64,000 nucleotides of DNA from an uncultured delta proteobacterium (GTDB taxonomy: Bacteria; Myxococcota_A; Polyangia; Polyangiales; Polyangiaceae). How positions within the stretch are numbered: the stretch's first letter is position 1; every line of letters begins with the position of its first letter. Below the pieces are notes generated by a model that did no database searches, was not told the DNA's origin, and saw nothing but the letters and a program-made list of their open reading frames with translations. The stretch covers positions 2,816,001 to 2,880,000 of the forward strand of contig CAWAIF010000003.1 of the NCBI GenBank assembly GCA_963782055.1, written 5' to 3'. The position numbers and the translations under genes were made by a program. Of this stretch, positions 46,587 to 55,697 are shown piece by piece.

Positions 46587-47756
46587 TCACTCTCCGGCGG
46601 CGTCGGCGGCCCCGGCATCCCCCGCATCCGCCCCGCCATCGGCCCCTGCGTCGGCGCCGCTGTCGCTGCCGCCGTCCACCGCGCCGGCCTGGCAGTTGGG
46701 GTCAGCGGAGCCGTCGTTGATCTTCACCGCCGCGGCCGCGAACGCCGCCGACAGCCAGAAGCTGTCCGCGCACCCGCCGGGCGTCTTGGTCGTCGAGCAG
46801 AAGTCGCCGGTCGCGGCGATGTTGCCGTTGGTGTCGCGCATGCACTTGTTGTCCGGACCCTTGGCCGTCTTGGTGAGCACGACGCACAGGCTGGAGGAGA
46901 GGACCGAGACGTCGACCTGGTCGGCGTCTTCCAGCGTCATGTAGCCGCCGATGGCGCCGGCCGTGTGCCACTTGGTGCAGGAGCCCGGGTCGGAGACGAC
47001 GCAGCTCGACGTGAGCGCCTTGCTGTTGAAGCTGCCGATGCAGTTGCCGTCGCTCGAGAGCGTCGCGCTCTGCAGCACGGCATCGCGGATGGGCAGCACG
47101 ATGATGGCGTTGATGTCGCCACCGACGAACACCGGCACGTTGAGCAGCGGGATGGTGTCGGAGGTGAAGGTGTTGCCCGTCGAGTCGAAGGTGATCTTCG
47201 CCTGCTCCGGCTTCACGTCGAGGGTGCCGACCTGCTTGCGGAAGAAGCAGAAGCCCTGGCCGAAGGGGTCGCTCGAGGGGGGTGCGCCGCCGGTGGTGAC
47301 CATCCCGGCGGACTTGTCGATGCGCACCAGCCAGTTGAAGGAGCCATCGCCGCTGGGGTCCCCGCACTCCGGCGCCTTGAGGTCGATGCCCTTGGTGACG
47401 ACCGAGTCCTGGATGACCGCCGAGGTGAGGCTCGCCGGCGCGGTGAGGAAGAGGCGACGCAGGCGCATGTCCAGCGTGGTCTTGCCGGTGTTGTCGGCCA
47501 TGGGCAGGCACGTGTTCGGGTCGCCGCACTTCTGCGTGTCGATGTTGCACACGCCGTCGGTCGCGGGGCAGGAGTTGTCCGACGGGTCGCACGTGGGGGA
47601 GGGGAAGTTGCCCGGGCCGCCGCCGTCGCAGGGGGCCGGCCCCACCGACGGGTTGTACGGGCGTACGCGGTCCGGCGTGCACGCGACGACGAGCGCCGCC
47701 ACCGCGCCCGCCGCGCATCCGGTCACCGAAAGCGCCAGCAAGATCCGCTTCGTCAT
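46587..47756 (-). CDS. Cys-rich hypothetical lipoprotein
   Basis: Lipobox VVAC; many Cys; DAG/DGG-rich tail; GAGGGAG RBS. Confidence 0.75.
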   Translation of the reverse strand: MTKRILLALSVTGCAAGAVAALVVACTPDRVRPYNPSVGPAPCDGGGPGNFPSPTCDPSDNSCPATDGVCNIDTQKCGDPNTCLPMADNTGKTTLDMRLRRLFLTAPASLTSAVIQDSVVTKGIDLKAPECGDPSGDGSFNWLVRIDKSAGMVTTGGAPPSSDPFGQGFCFFRKQVGTLDVKPEQAKITFDSTGNTFTSDTIPLLNVPVFVGGDINAIIVLPIRDAVLQSATLSSDGNCIGSFNSKALTSSCVVSDPGSCTKWHTAGAIGGYMTLEDADQVDVSVLSSSLCVVLTKTAKGPDNKCMRDTNGNIAATGDFCSTTKTPGGCADSFWLSAAFAAAAVKINDGSADPNCQAGAVDGGSDSGADAGADGGADAGDAGAADAAGE

Positions 47757-47785
47757 CTCCCTCGTCCTCCCGAAGTCTCCGCCGG

Positions 47786-48724
47786 TCACTCCGGCAAGGT
47801 GAGCGTACCGCCGTACTCGACCATCTTGGCAAATGCCGCGAGCCGCGCCGTCAGATCCTTGCGCTGGGCGGCGAGCAGTCTGCCGGGGCCGATGCCCTCC
47901 ACGCAGAAGGAGGCGAGCGCGGCCGCGAAGAACATGCCCCGGCGCAGGCCCGCGGGGGTGACCTCCCCGTGCCGCGCGAGGTAGCCCATCAGGCCCCCGG
48001 CGAAGGTGTCGCCCGCGCCCGTCGGGTCGAGGACGTCCTCCAGCGGGTAGGCGGGGGCGTAGAAGATGCCCTGCTCATCGAAGAGGAGCGCGCCGTGCTC
48101 GCCCCGCTTGATGATGAGCATCGACGGGCCGCGGGAGCGGATGTCGCGGGCGGCCTTGACCAGGTTGTGGATGCCGGAGAGCTCGCGCGCCTCCTCGTCG
48201 TTGATGACGAGAAGGTCCACGCGCCGGAGCACGTCGGCCAGCGGCTTGGGCTCGCCGGAGATCCAGAAGTTCATCGTGTCGGCCAGGACGAGCTGCGGAC
48301 GCTCCACCTGATCGAGCACCTCCAGCTGCAGGGCCGGGTGGATGTTGCCGAGCAGCACGTAGGGCGTGCTCTTGTAGGCGGTCGGGATCTTCGGCCGGAA
48401 ATCGGCGAAGACGTTGAGGTGCGTCTCCAGGGTGGTGCGGGTCGCCAGATCGTCGGCGTAGCGGCCGCGCCAGCGGAAGGTCTTGCCTTCTGCGTGCTCC
48501 ACGCCGGCGAGGTCCACGCCTCGGGCGCGCATCAGCTCCAGGTGGGCGGCGGGGAAGTCGGCGCCCACCACGCCGACGACGCGCACCGGCGCGAGCATGG
48601 ACGCGGCGAGGGACGAGTACGTCGCCGCGCCTCCGAGGACATCGTTGAAGGTGCCCGTGGGCATCTCGAGGTCGTCGAACGCGAGCGATCCGACGACGAG
48701 CAGGGGGGACGTTTGAGGCTGCAC
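47786..48724 (-). CDS. PfkB family carbohydrate/nucleoside kinase
   Basis: VVGSLAFD, LGGAATY, INDEEA, DPTGAGDTFAGG; GTG start with GGAG RBS. Confidence 0.9.
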   Translation of the reverse strand: MQPQTSPLLVVGSLAFDDLEMPTGTFNDVLGGAATYSSLAASMLAPVRVVGVVGADFPAAHLELMRARGVDLAGVEHAEGKTFRWRGRYADDLATRTTLETHLNVFADFRPKIPTAYKSTPYVLLGNIHPALQLEVLDQVERPQLVLADTMNFWISGEPKPLADVLRRVDLLVINDEEARELSGIHNLVKAARDIRSRGPSMLIIKRGEHGALLFDEQGIFYAPAYPLEDVLDPTGAGDTFAGGLMGYLARHGEVTPAGLRRGMFFAAALASFCVEGIGPGRLLAAQRKDLTARLAAFAKMVEYGGTLTLPE

Positions 48725-48756
48725 GGCGTTCTCCGGGGTGGCTGGCCCCGCTTCTA

Positions 48757-49647
48757 CTACGAAAGGCCCGGCAAAAGCCACGACAGGCGAGCCTTCGCGG
48801 CGACAGAAATGCGATCGGGCGCCGTCATCACCGCGCCGGCGAGCGCGCCGTGGGCGCGGCTCTCGCGCGGGTCGAACAGGTTGCCGGCCAGCGCGCCGAT
48901 CGCGCGGCGCGCGGTGGCGACGTTCTTCTGCATCACCGCGACCACGGCCTCCACCGTGACGTCCTCCGCGGATACGTGCCAGCAGTCGTAGTCGGTGGCG
49001 AGGGCGACGGTGCAGAAGGGCAGCTCCGCCTCGCGCGCGAGCTTGGCCTCCGGCATGGACGTCATGCCGATCACCGACACGCCCCAGGAACGGTAGAGCA
49101 GGCTCTCGGCGCGGGTGGAGAACTGCGGCCCGTCGATGCAGACGTAGGTGCCGCCGCGGTGCACGCCGCGCGGGCCCTTCGCGTGGACGGAGGTGGACGC
49201 CTCGGCCGCCGCCGTGGCGAGCTTCTCGCAGACCGGGTCGGCGAAGGCGACGTGCGCGGCGATGTCCTCGTCGAAGAAGGTGGAGACGCGCCGCCGGGTG
49301 AGGTCGATGTACTGGTCGACCAGGACGAAGTCGCCCGGCTCGATCTCCTCCTTCATGGATCCGACCGCGCTCACGCTGACCAGGTGCGTCGCGCCGAGCT
49401 TCTTCAGGGCGCACACGTTCGCCCGGAAGTTGATGGAGTGCGGGGGCACGCGGTGTCCGCGGCCGTGGCGCGGCAAGAACAGCAGCGTCGTCGGGCCGGA
49501 GGGCGTCTGCAGCGTGCCGCGCACCACCGCGTCGCTCGGTGGGCCGTAGGGGGTGTCGACCGTCAGCTCCTCGACGCCCTGCAGGCCGTCCATCTCGTAG
49601 AGGCCGCTGCCGCCGAGCACGGCGAGGGTGTGGCGCGGCGCCGTCAC
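48757..49647 (-). CDS. mtnP: S-methyl-5'-thioadenosine phosphorylase
   Basis: GGSGLY, TPYG.PS, PRHGRGH, SAVGSM, GPQFSTRAES, IGMT, ATDYDCW. Confidence 0.93.
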   Translation of the reverse strand: MTAPRHTLAVLGGSGLYEMDGLQGVEELTVDTPYGPPSDAVVRGTLQTPSGPTTLLFLPRHGRGHRVPPHSINFRANVCALKKLGATHLVSVSAVGSMKEEIEPGDFVLVDQYIDLTRRRVSTFFDEDIAAHVAFADPVCEKLATAAAEASTSVHAKGPRGVHRGGTYVCIDGPQFSTRAESLLYRSWGVSVIGMTSMPEAKLAREAELPFCTVALATDYDCWHVSAEDVTVEAVVAVMQKNVATARRAIGALAGNLFDPRESRAHGALAGAVMTAPDRISVAAKARLSWLLPGLS

Positions 49648-50294
49648 GGCTCCTCCTTCTCGGGGCGCAAAGAGCCGTGGCGCAGGAGCATCTCGGCAAG
49701 GCGGGCGCGCCGTGGCCGCCGGGAGCGCTCCGCCAGGACGATGGCGCGCAGGGTGTCGGCGGCGCGGTCCACGTCGTCGTTGACGATCACGTAGTCGAAG
49801 AGGGCATAGTGCTCGATCTCCCGCTTGGCGACCTGGAAGCGGCGCTGCACCACCTCCTCGCTGTCGCTGCGTCGCCCGCGCAGGCGGCGCAGGAGCTCGT
49901 CCATCGAGGGGGGCAGGATGAAGACGCCCACCACGTCCGCCACCTTGGCGCGGATCTGCCGCGCGCCCTGGTAGTCGATGTCGAAGATGATCCCGCCGCA
50001 GCCCGCCGTCTTGCGGGCGCGGTCCACCTCGGCGATCGATGTACCATACAAGTTGCCGTGGACCTCCGCCCACTCCATGAAGGCGTCCTCGGCGACGAGC
50101 CGCTCGAAGGCGGGGCGGTCCACGAAGTGGTAGTCGGTGCCGTCCTTCTCGTTCGCGCGGGGCGGCCGGGTGGTGTGGGACACCGAGAAGGCCAGCTCCG
50201 GGAAGGCGGCCTGCAGCCGCCGCGTGAGGGTGGTCTTCCCGGCGCCGCTCGGCGACGAGAGGATGAGCAGGACGAACTCGGACGGGGCGACCAT
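49644..50294 (-). CDS. gmk: Guanylate kinase
   Basis: SSPSGAGKTT, SVSHTTRPPR..E.DG.DYHFV, EWAEVHGNLYGT. Confidence 0.96.
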   Translation of the reverse strand: MVAPSEFVLLILSSPSGAGKTTLTRRLQAAFPELAFSVSHTTRPPRANEKDGTDYHFVDRPAFERLVAEDAFMEWAEVHGNLYGTSIAEVDRARKTAGCGGIIFDIDYQGARQIRAKVADVVGVFILPPSMDELLRRLRGRRSDSEEVVQRRFQVAKREIEHYALFDYVIVNDDVDRAADTLRAIVLAERSRRPRRARLAEMLLRHGSLRPEKEEP

Positions 50295-50342
50295 CGCGGG
50301 ACAGGCAACGCTAGTGCAACGCCGCCCGTTCTGGAACAGCGA

Positions 50343-51215
50343 TCACTCCACGTTCTGCACCTGCTCGCGCATCCGCTCGATTTCCGCTTTCATGTCCACC
50401 ACCGCGTGGGCGATGGAGGCGTCGGCGCTCTTCGACCCGATGGTGTTCACCTCGCGCGTGAGCTCCTGGAGCAGGAAGTCGATCTTGCGGCCGATGGGCC
50501 CGCTCTCGACCAGCAGGCCGGCGAGCTGGTCGGTGTGGATGCCGAGGCGCGTCAGCTCCTCGGCGATGTCGGAGCGGTCGGCGAAGAGGGCGATCTCCTG
50601 CTCCAGGCGCGTCTCGTCGAGCTGGGCGTCCAGGGAGGCGCGGAGCCGGTCGGCGCGCTCCTTCAGGCGCTTGCGGTGCTGCTCGACCACCTCCGGGGCG
50701 CGCTTGGTCACGGCCGCGGCGATGCCCCGCAGCACGTCCACGCGCGCCCCGAGGTCGCGCGCGAGCGCCTGGCCCTCGCGCTCGCGCATGGTGTCGAGCT
50801 CGTCGGCGGCGGAGGTGAAGGCCGCCCGCAGCGCCTCGCGCACCGGGCCCTGCGAGTCGCCCTCGGCCGCCGCGAAGAGGTCGGGGACGAGCGAGAGGAG
50901 GGAGAGCGGCACCTGCGCCCCGGGGGCCAGCTCGTCGCGCAGGGCGGTGAGCTCGGCCCAGGCGGCGCGGGCGCGGGCGCGGTCGAGCCTCGGCGCGCCG
51001 AGGGCCACGCCGTCCACGCGGACCGCGACCTCCACCCGACCGCGCGAGAGGCGCTCGCGGCACAGGTGCTCGACGAAGCCGGCGAGGTCGAGCAGCTCGC
51101 GCGGCATGCGCACCCGGACGTCGAGGAAGCGGTGGTTCAGCGCGCGGATGTCGACCGAGACCTTGCCGGTGCCGACAGGGTGCTCCCCCCCTCCGAAGCC
51201 GGTCATGCTCCGCAT
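50343..51215 (-). CDS. yicC: YicC/YloC family endoribonuclease
   Basis: MRSMTGFG, NHRFLD, DIAEELTRL, GRKIDFLLQE..RE.NTIGSK, REQVQNVE. Confidence 0.95.
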   Translation of the reverse strand: MRSMTGFGGGEHPVGTGKVSVDIRALNHRFLDVRVRMPRELLDLAGFVEHLCRERLSRGRVEVAVRVDGVALGAPRLDRARARAAWAELTALRDELAPGAQVPLSLLSLVPDLFAAAEGDSQGPVREALRAAFTSAADELDTMREREGQALARDLGARVDVLRGIAAAVTKRAPEVVEQHRKRLKERADRLRASLDAQLDETRLEQEIALFADRSDIAEELTRLGIHTDQLAGLLVESGPIGRKIDFLLQELTREVNTIGSKSADASIAHAVVDMKAEIERMREQVQNVE

Positions 51216-51326
51216 GAAGATTAGCCTACCGCCAGCATATGGTTGAGGCGGCCCGCCGTCCACCCCGGAGGCGCGCTTTTGGCGGCTGGCCCCGCGGGAG
51301 CGCCAGACCTCAGCGTCGACGTCCTC

Positions 51327-51839
51327 TCAGCCGAGGCCCTTCTTTCGCTTGATGATCTCCATCATGCGACCGTACTCCACGTCCCACTCGCGCGAGCCTT
51401 CCTTGACGTGCTTGAGCTGCGCGCGGACCTCGCCGTCGAGCTCGCCGTCGGCGTTCATGTGCTTCTTGAAGATGGGGGCCATCTTCCGGCGCAGCACGAC
51501 GTCCTCGGAGTAGATCTCGTCGACGTTGCTGGAGTGGCCGAAGATCTCGACGACCTGGTCGAGCAGGTAGTCGAGCGCATCCTCCCCCACCTTGATGCCC
51601 TTGGAGTCCGCCACCTGGGCGCGCACGCGGTTGAAGTCCCCGCCGGAGCGGCCGGTGCGGTCGAGCAGCTCACGGGTGCGCTCGTTCACCTCCTTCTCCG
51701 TCTGCACGTACTGGCGGAGCACGGCCTCGACGTCGAGCTCTACCTCGCGAGGGTTCTCCGCTTCGATGTCGCCCGCGGCGAGGAGGGTACGGACGACCTC
51801 GCTGGCTATGGGCCCGATCCGTCCTGCAAAGAGTCGCAT
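51327..51839 (-). CDS. DUF507 family protein
   Basis: MRLFAGRI...; C-terminal 'LDGEVRAQLKHVKEGSREWDVEY...IKRKKGL'. Confidence 0.75.
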   Translation of the reverse strand: MRLFAGRIGPIASEVVRTLLAAGDIEAENPREVELDVEAVLRQYVQTEKEVNERTRELLDRTGRSGGDFNRVRAQVADSKGIKVGEDALDYLLDQVVEIFGHSSNVDEIYSEDVVLRRKMAPIFKKHMNADGELDGEVRAQLKHVKEGSREWDVEYGRMMEIIKRKKGLG

Positions 51840-51899
51840 GTGGCCTACGCTACCTCGGCCCGGTCCAAGCGCTCTCCCTTTTTTGGTATCGTCGTGCGG

Positions 51900-52979
51900 A
51901 TGGCGACCTGCGCGTGGTGCATGGCGAAGATGGCCGACGCGCGGGCGCCCTGCCCGAGCTGCGGGCGGAGCTCCGACGATCTCATCGCGGGCGACGGTCC
52001 CGCCCTGGAGCCGTCCTCCCCCGCCATGGTGGTGCCCGACCTGGTGATCCCACAGCCGCGCGCCTCCAGGCCCGCGCTGGCCGCGCCGACGCCGGCGGTC
52101 CCGCCGCCCGCGCCCTCCGGGCCGAGCGCCTTCGACGACGAGGACCTCGGCGGCGGGGCGGACCTGCAGCTCGACCTGAGCGGCGCCGTCGCCGCGCCGC
52201 CGAAGCCGGCGGTCACCTCGCCGGCCACCGGCGGAGGCTTCAGTCCCTTCGACGACGACGAGATGATGGGCAGCGGCGTCTCGCTGGACCTGGACATGAG
52301 CGGCGGCGGGCTCCCGCCCCGCATCTCCGGCGCCTCGCTGCCGCCGGCGGTCTCCTCCGGGAGCCTGCCGCCTTCGCCGGTCTCCCAGCGCTCCCTGCCG
52401 CCGGTCTCGCAGCGATCGCTGCCGCCTGCCGCCGACGCCTCCCCGGGGACCGCGCCGGGGGTGGACCCCTTCGAGGCGCGCGCGCTGGCGGACTTCGGCC
52501 CTCCGCCGGACGTCTTCTGGCGCGCGCCGATGTACGCCCTCCGCGTGGTGCGCCGCCGGGCGGAGCTGCGCCGCGCGCTCGCCCTGCGCAAGGACGAGTC
52601 CGCCGACGCCGCGCGCCGGGCCGAGGACGCCCTCGTCGCCTTCGCCGAGCGGGCGCGACCGATCGCCGAGAGCGCGGGCGGACGGGGCCTGGATGACGTG
52701 CGGGCGGCGGAGGACCTGATGCGCGGCCGCGACTCGGCGCTCGCCGCCGAGATGGATGCCCACAAGGGAGCGCTCGCGGAGGTGGACGCGCGCCTGGCGC
52801 CCGTCGAGGCGGAGCTCGCCGCGGCGAAACAGGAGGAGGAGAAGATCGCGCGGGAGCTCGCCGCGGCCGAGGAGGTCAGGAGGCGCGCGGAGGCGAAGGT
52901 GAAGCGCGCGGAGATCGAGATCCGCAACGCCACGCAGCTCCTGGCGTCGCGCCGCGCCCCGCAGGGGGCGCCGCAGTGA
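51900..52979 (+). CDS. Zinc-ribbon, low-complexity, coiled-coil hypothetical protein
   Basis: CAWC...CPSC at the N-terminus; SLPP repeats; heptad-rich C-terminus. Confidence 0.7.
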   Translation: MATCAWCMAKMADARAPCPSCGRSSDDLIAGDGPALEPSSPAMVVPDLVIPQPRASRPALAAPTPAVPPPAPSGPSAFDDEDLGGGADLQLDLSGAVAAPPKPAVTSPATGGGFSPFDDDEMMGSGVSLDLDMSGGGLPPRISGASLPPAVSSGSLPPSPVSQRSLPPVSQRSLPPAADASPGTAPGVDPFEARALADFGPPPDVFWRAPMYALRVVRRRAELRRALALRKDESADAARRAEDALVAFAERARPIAESAGGRGLDDVRAAEDLMRGRDSALAAEMDAHKGALAEVDARLAPVEAELAAAKQEEEKIARELAAAEEVRRRAEAKVKRAEIEIRNATQLLASRRAPQGAPQ

Positions 52980-53527
52980 GCCAGTCCGGGGCGAGCGACG
53001 CCGCGCTGGAGGCGCAGATCGCCGCGCGCACGGCCGAGCGCGATGGCTTCGCCGCGGAGGTCCGCGCGCAGGAGGCGGTCGTGGCCGAGGTGCAGAACCG
53101 GCTGACGGCGGCGCGCCGGCGCGTGGCCGACGCGCAGGGGCGGGTCAACGCGCTGCGCGGGGAGCGCAAGGCGCTGGAGGATCGCTTCGGCCGGCAGGTG
53201 GGCACGCGGTCGGAGGGGGTGGAGGAGGCGCGGCGGCACCTGCGCCTCGCCCTCGCCGGCTTCGCCCGCGCCGCCATCATGGACCAGTCCGCGTACGGGG
53301 CGGACTTCGACGCCGCGCGGGAGGAGGTCAATCGCGCCGCCGACCTCGCCGCGCGCAAGGCGAGGGACGTCTCGCTCCACGAGGCGGCGCTGGAGTCGCA
53401 CGACCGCTCCAAGGTGACCCTCGGCTTCGTGCTCGCAGGCGCCGCCGTCGTGCTGGTGCTGGTGCTGCTGCTCTTCCCCTTCCTCTACCGCGCGGTGGTG
53501 GTGCCCGGCTCACCGGCGGCGCCGTGA
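52976..53527 (+). CDS. Coiled-coil protein with a C-terminal TM anchor
   Basis: GTGA overlap; long helical region; TM 'VTLGFVLAGAAVVLVLVLLLFPFLY'. Confidence 0.7.
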   Translation: MSQSGASDAALEAQIAARTAERDGFAAEVRAQEAVVAEVQNRLTAARRRVADAQGRVNALRGERKALEDRFGRQVGTRSEGVEEARRHLRLALAGFARAAIMDQSAYGADFDAAREEVNRAADLAARKARDVSLHEAALESHDRSKVTLGFVLAGAAVVLVLVLLLFPFLYRAVVVPGSPAAP

Positions 53528-54709
53528 CGGCGGGGGCGTGCTCTTGGGCGGGGGCGCCCTGGAGGGCGTGCTGCGCGGCGGGGGCGCCTTCGAGGGCGCG
53601 GGGCGCGATGGCGCCGGCTTCTCGACGGCCGGCGGCGTCGCGGGGGAGCGCACCAGCCTCGGCTCCCGCAGCCCCATCTGCAGCCGCCGCATGACGGCGC
53701 GCTTCTGCCGCTCCTTGTACTTGGCGTGGGAGGCCTCGCCGCGCTCGTTCTTCGCCTCCGTCTCGCGGTCGATGACCTGGAACTCGCAGATGACGAAGAC
53801 GACAGGCGCGAGCGGCCACGCGCTGCTCGGCGCGCGCTCCAGCATCTCGCGCGGGAGGCGGATGGGCATGTCCACGACGAAGTGGATGACGCGGTAGCTG
53901 TCCGCGCTGAAGCGGTTGTCGCTGGGGGTGAGGTCGTCGTCCTTGCCGCCCTGCATGCTCGGCAGCATCGGCCGCAGGTTCGGGTGCTTCTCCGCGTAGC
54001 CGCGGATGTGGAACATCGAGTTGATGCTCTCGCCCGGGATGACGTAGTTGAACGGGAAGAGGTGCGTCGTCAGGTACTGCATGACGGAGAAGATGTCCTC
54101 GTAGCTGCGCGTGACGATGCGGAAGCGCAGCTTGTCGTAGATCTGCGCCGCCACCGTCTCCTGCTTGGAGAGGAGCTTGGTGTAGAGCGAGTCCTTGTTC
54201 TTCCGGCCGCCGACGAACTCCAGGATGGGGAAGCCGTGGGCGAGCATGCCGCCGATGACCCGGTAGACCTTCTCCTCCACCATGTGGAAGACCTCCTGGT
54301 CGGAGAGCGGCAGCATGAACAGCAGCTCGCGCCCCTCCAGGTGGTGGATGATGTGCATGCACTTGAGGATGGTGCACGCGCACGTCTGGCGGTGCCCGCG
54401 CGTCGAGGCGACGAGCATCAGCTCCTCGATCGTGGCCCGCTCGATGGGCTTGGGGATCGGGAACTCGAAGTGGCGGCGCAGGTAGTCGATCGCCTCCTTC
54501 TTGATGGCGTCGATGCGCCGCCGGTCAGCCGGCTCGTCGGGGTGGAACTCCTGCGCGCGCAAGAACTCGTCCACCTGCGCCTCGTCCTTGAAGTCCAGGC
54601 GATGCCAGTCGATGACGGAGTCACCCCGGAGGACGAGGCGCACGGCCTCCAGGTCCATCAGGGTGAACTCGTCGAGCCGCTTGAGCCGCTCGCTCGGGGT
54701 CGCTGCCAT
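53510..54709 (-). CDS. TIGR04552-like protein with a RelA/SpoT-type nucleotidyltransferase domain
   Basis: G.SVIDWHRL; GRKNKDSLYTKLL; IYDKLRFRIV; SYRVIHF; EFQV; GEASHAKYK. Confidence 0.8.
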   Translation of the reverse strand: MAATPSERLKRLDEFTLMDLEAVRLVLRGDSVIDWHRLDFKDEAQVDEFLRAQEFHPDEPADRRRIDAIKKEAIDYLRRHFEFPIPKPIERATIEELMLVASTRGHRQTCACTILKCMHIIHHLEGRELLFMLPLSDQEVFHMVEEKVYRVIGGMLAHGFPILEFVGGRKNKDSLYTKLLSKQETVAAQIYDKLRFRIVTRSYEDIFSVMQYLTTHLFPFNYVIPGESINSMFHIRGYAEKHPNLRPMLPSMQGGKDDDLTPSDNRFSADSYRVIHFVVDMPIRLPREMLERAPSSAWPLAPVVFVICEFQVIDRETEAKNERGEASHAKYKERQKRAVMRRLQMGLREPRLVRSPATPPAVEKPAPSRPAPSKAPPPRSTPSRAPPPKSTPPPSRRRR

Positions 54710-54737
54710 GGTGCAGGCTGTGGCGTATACCACGCGG

Positions 54738-55613
54738 GTGCGTTCCACGCGTGGCGAGCGAGAGGCGAGGCGGCTGACGGCCGTCGGCGAGGCCCTGGAG
54801 GCCGTGCGCCGGCGCTGCGACGTGCCGACCCGTCTCGCCGCCGATCCGGTCGGGATCGTGCGGCGCTTCGAGACGCCGGAGGATCGCGAGATCGTCGGGC
54901 TCCTCGCCGCGTGCATCGCCTTCGGCAAGGTGGCGTCCATCCGCCACAAGCTGGAGGACGCGCTGGCGCGGCTGGGGCCGAGCCCGGCCCGGGCTGCCGA
55001 CGACGCCGCCGGGACGGCCCGGCGGCTTCGCGGGTGGGTGCACCGCGTCTTCCGGGGGGAAGACATCGCCCGCCTGCTCGTCGGCGCGCGCCGTGTCCAG
55101 CGCGCGGAGGGCTCGCTGGGGCGCGCCTTCGCCTCGGCCCTGCGCGCGCGGGGGGAGCTGCGCCCCGCGCTCGCCCACTTCTGCGAGGCCATCCGGGAGG
55201 CGGGGGGGCTGCGGCCGCTCCCCGGGCGCCGCGGTCCCTCGCACCTGCTGCCTGACCCGATGGGCGGGGGAGGGAGCAAGCGCCTGCTGCTCTACCTCCG
55301 CTGGATGGTCCGCCCCGCCGACGGCGTCGACCTCGGGCTGTGGGACGTGCCCGCCGGCGTCCTCATCTGCCCGGTGGACACCCACATCCACAAGCTCGGC
55401 CGTAACCTCGGCTTCACCCGCCGCCGCGCCGTGACCTGGCAGACCGCGGAGGAGATCACCGCCGGCCTGGCGCGCTACGACGCCGCCGACCCTGTGAAGT
55501 ACGACTTCGCCCTCTGCCACATGGGGATGCTCCAGCGGTGCCCATCGCGCCGGGAGGCAGCCCGGTGCGAGGGTTGCGGGGTCAAGAGTGTCTGCCGCCA
55601 CTGGGCGCGATAA
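54738..55613 (+). CDS. TIGR02757/DUF2400 family protein (HhH-GPD-like) with a C-terminal Cys cluster
   Basis: DREIVGLLAA..AFGKV, KRLLLYLRWMVR, DLGLW, PVDTHI, DPVKYDFAL; start uncertain. Confidence 0.85.
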   Translation: MRSTRGEREARRLTAVGEALEAVRRRCDVPTRLAADPVGIVRRFETPEDREIVGLLAACIAFGKVASIRHKLEDALARLGPSPARAADDAAGTARRLRGWVHRVFRGEDIARLLVGARRVQRAEGSLGRAFASALRARGELRPALAHFCEAIREAGGLRPLPGRRGPSHLLPDPMGGGGSKRLLLYLRWMVRPADGVDLGLWDVPAGVLICPVDTHIHKLGRNLGFTRRRAVTWQTAEEITAGLARYDAADPVKYDFALCHMGMLQRCPSRREAARCEGCGVKSVCRHWAR

Positions 55614-55697
55614 TCCGCTTGGCGGCGGCGCCAGGGCGTGAGACCGTCGCACCAAGGCTCCGCGTCGCCACGCGACCGGGCCCGCGCACCATCGCTC

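Noticed and set aside
50035..50056. AT-rich codon patch in gmk as an internal promoter
   Set aside because: No convincing -35/-10 pair and no second copy.
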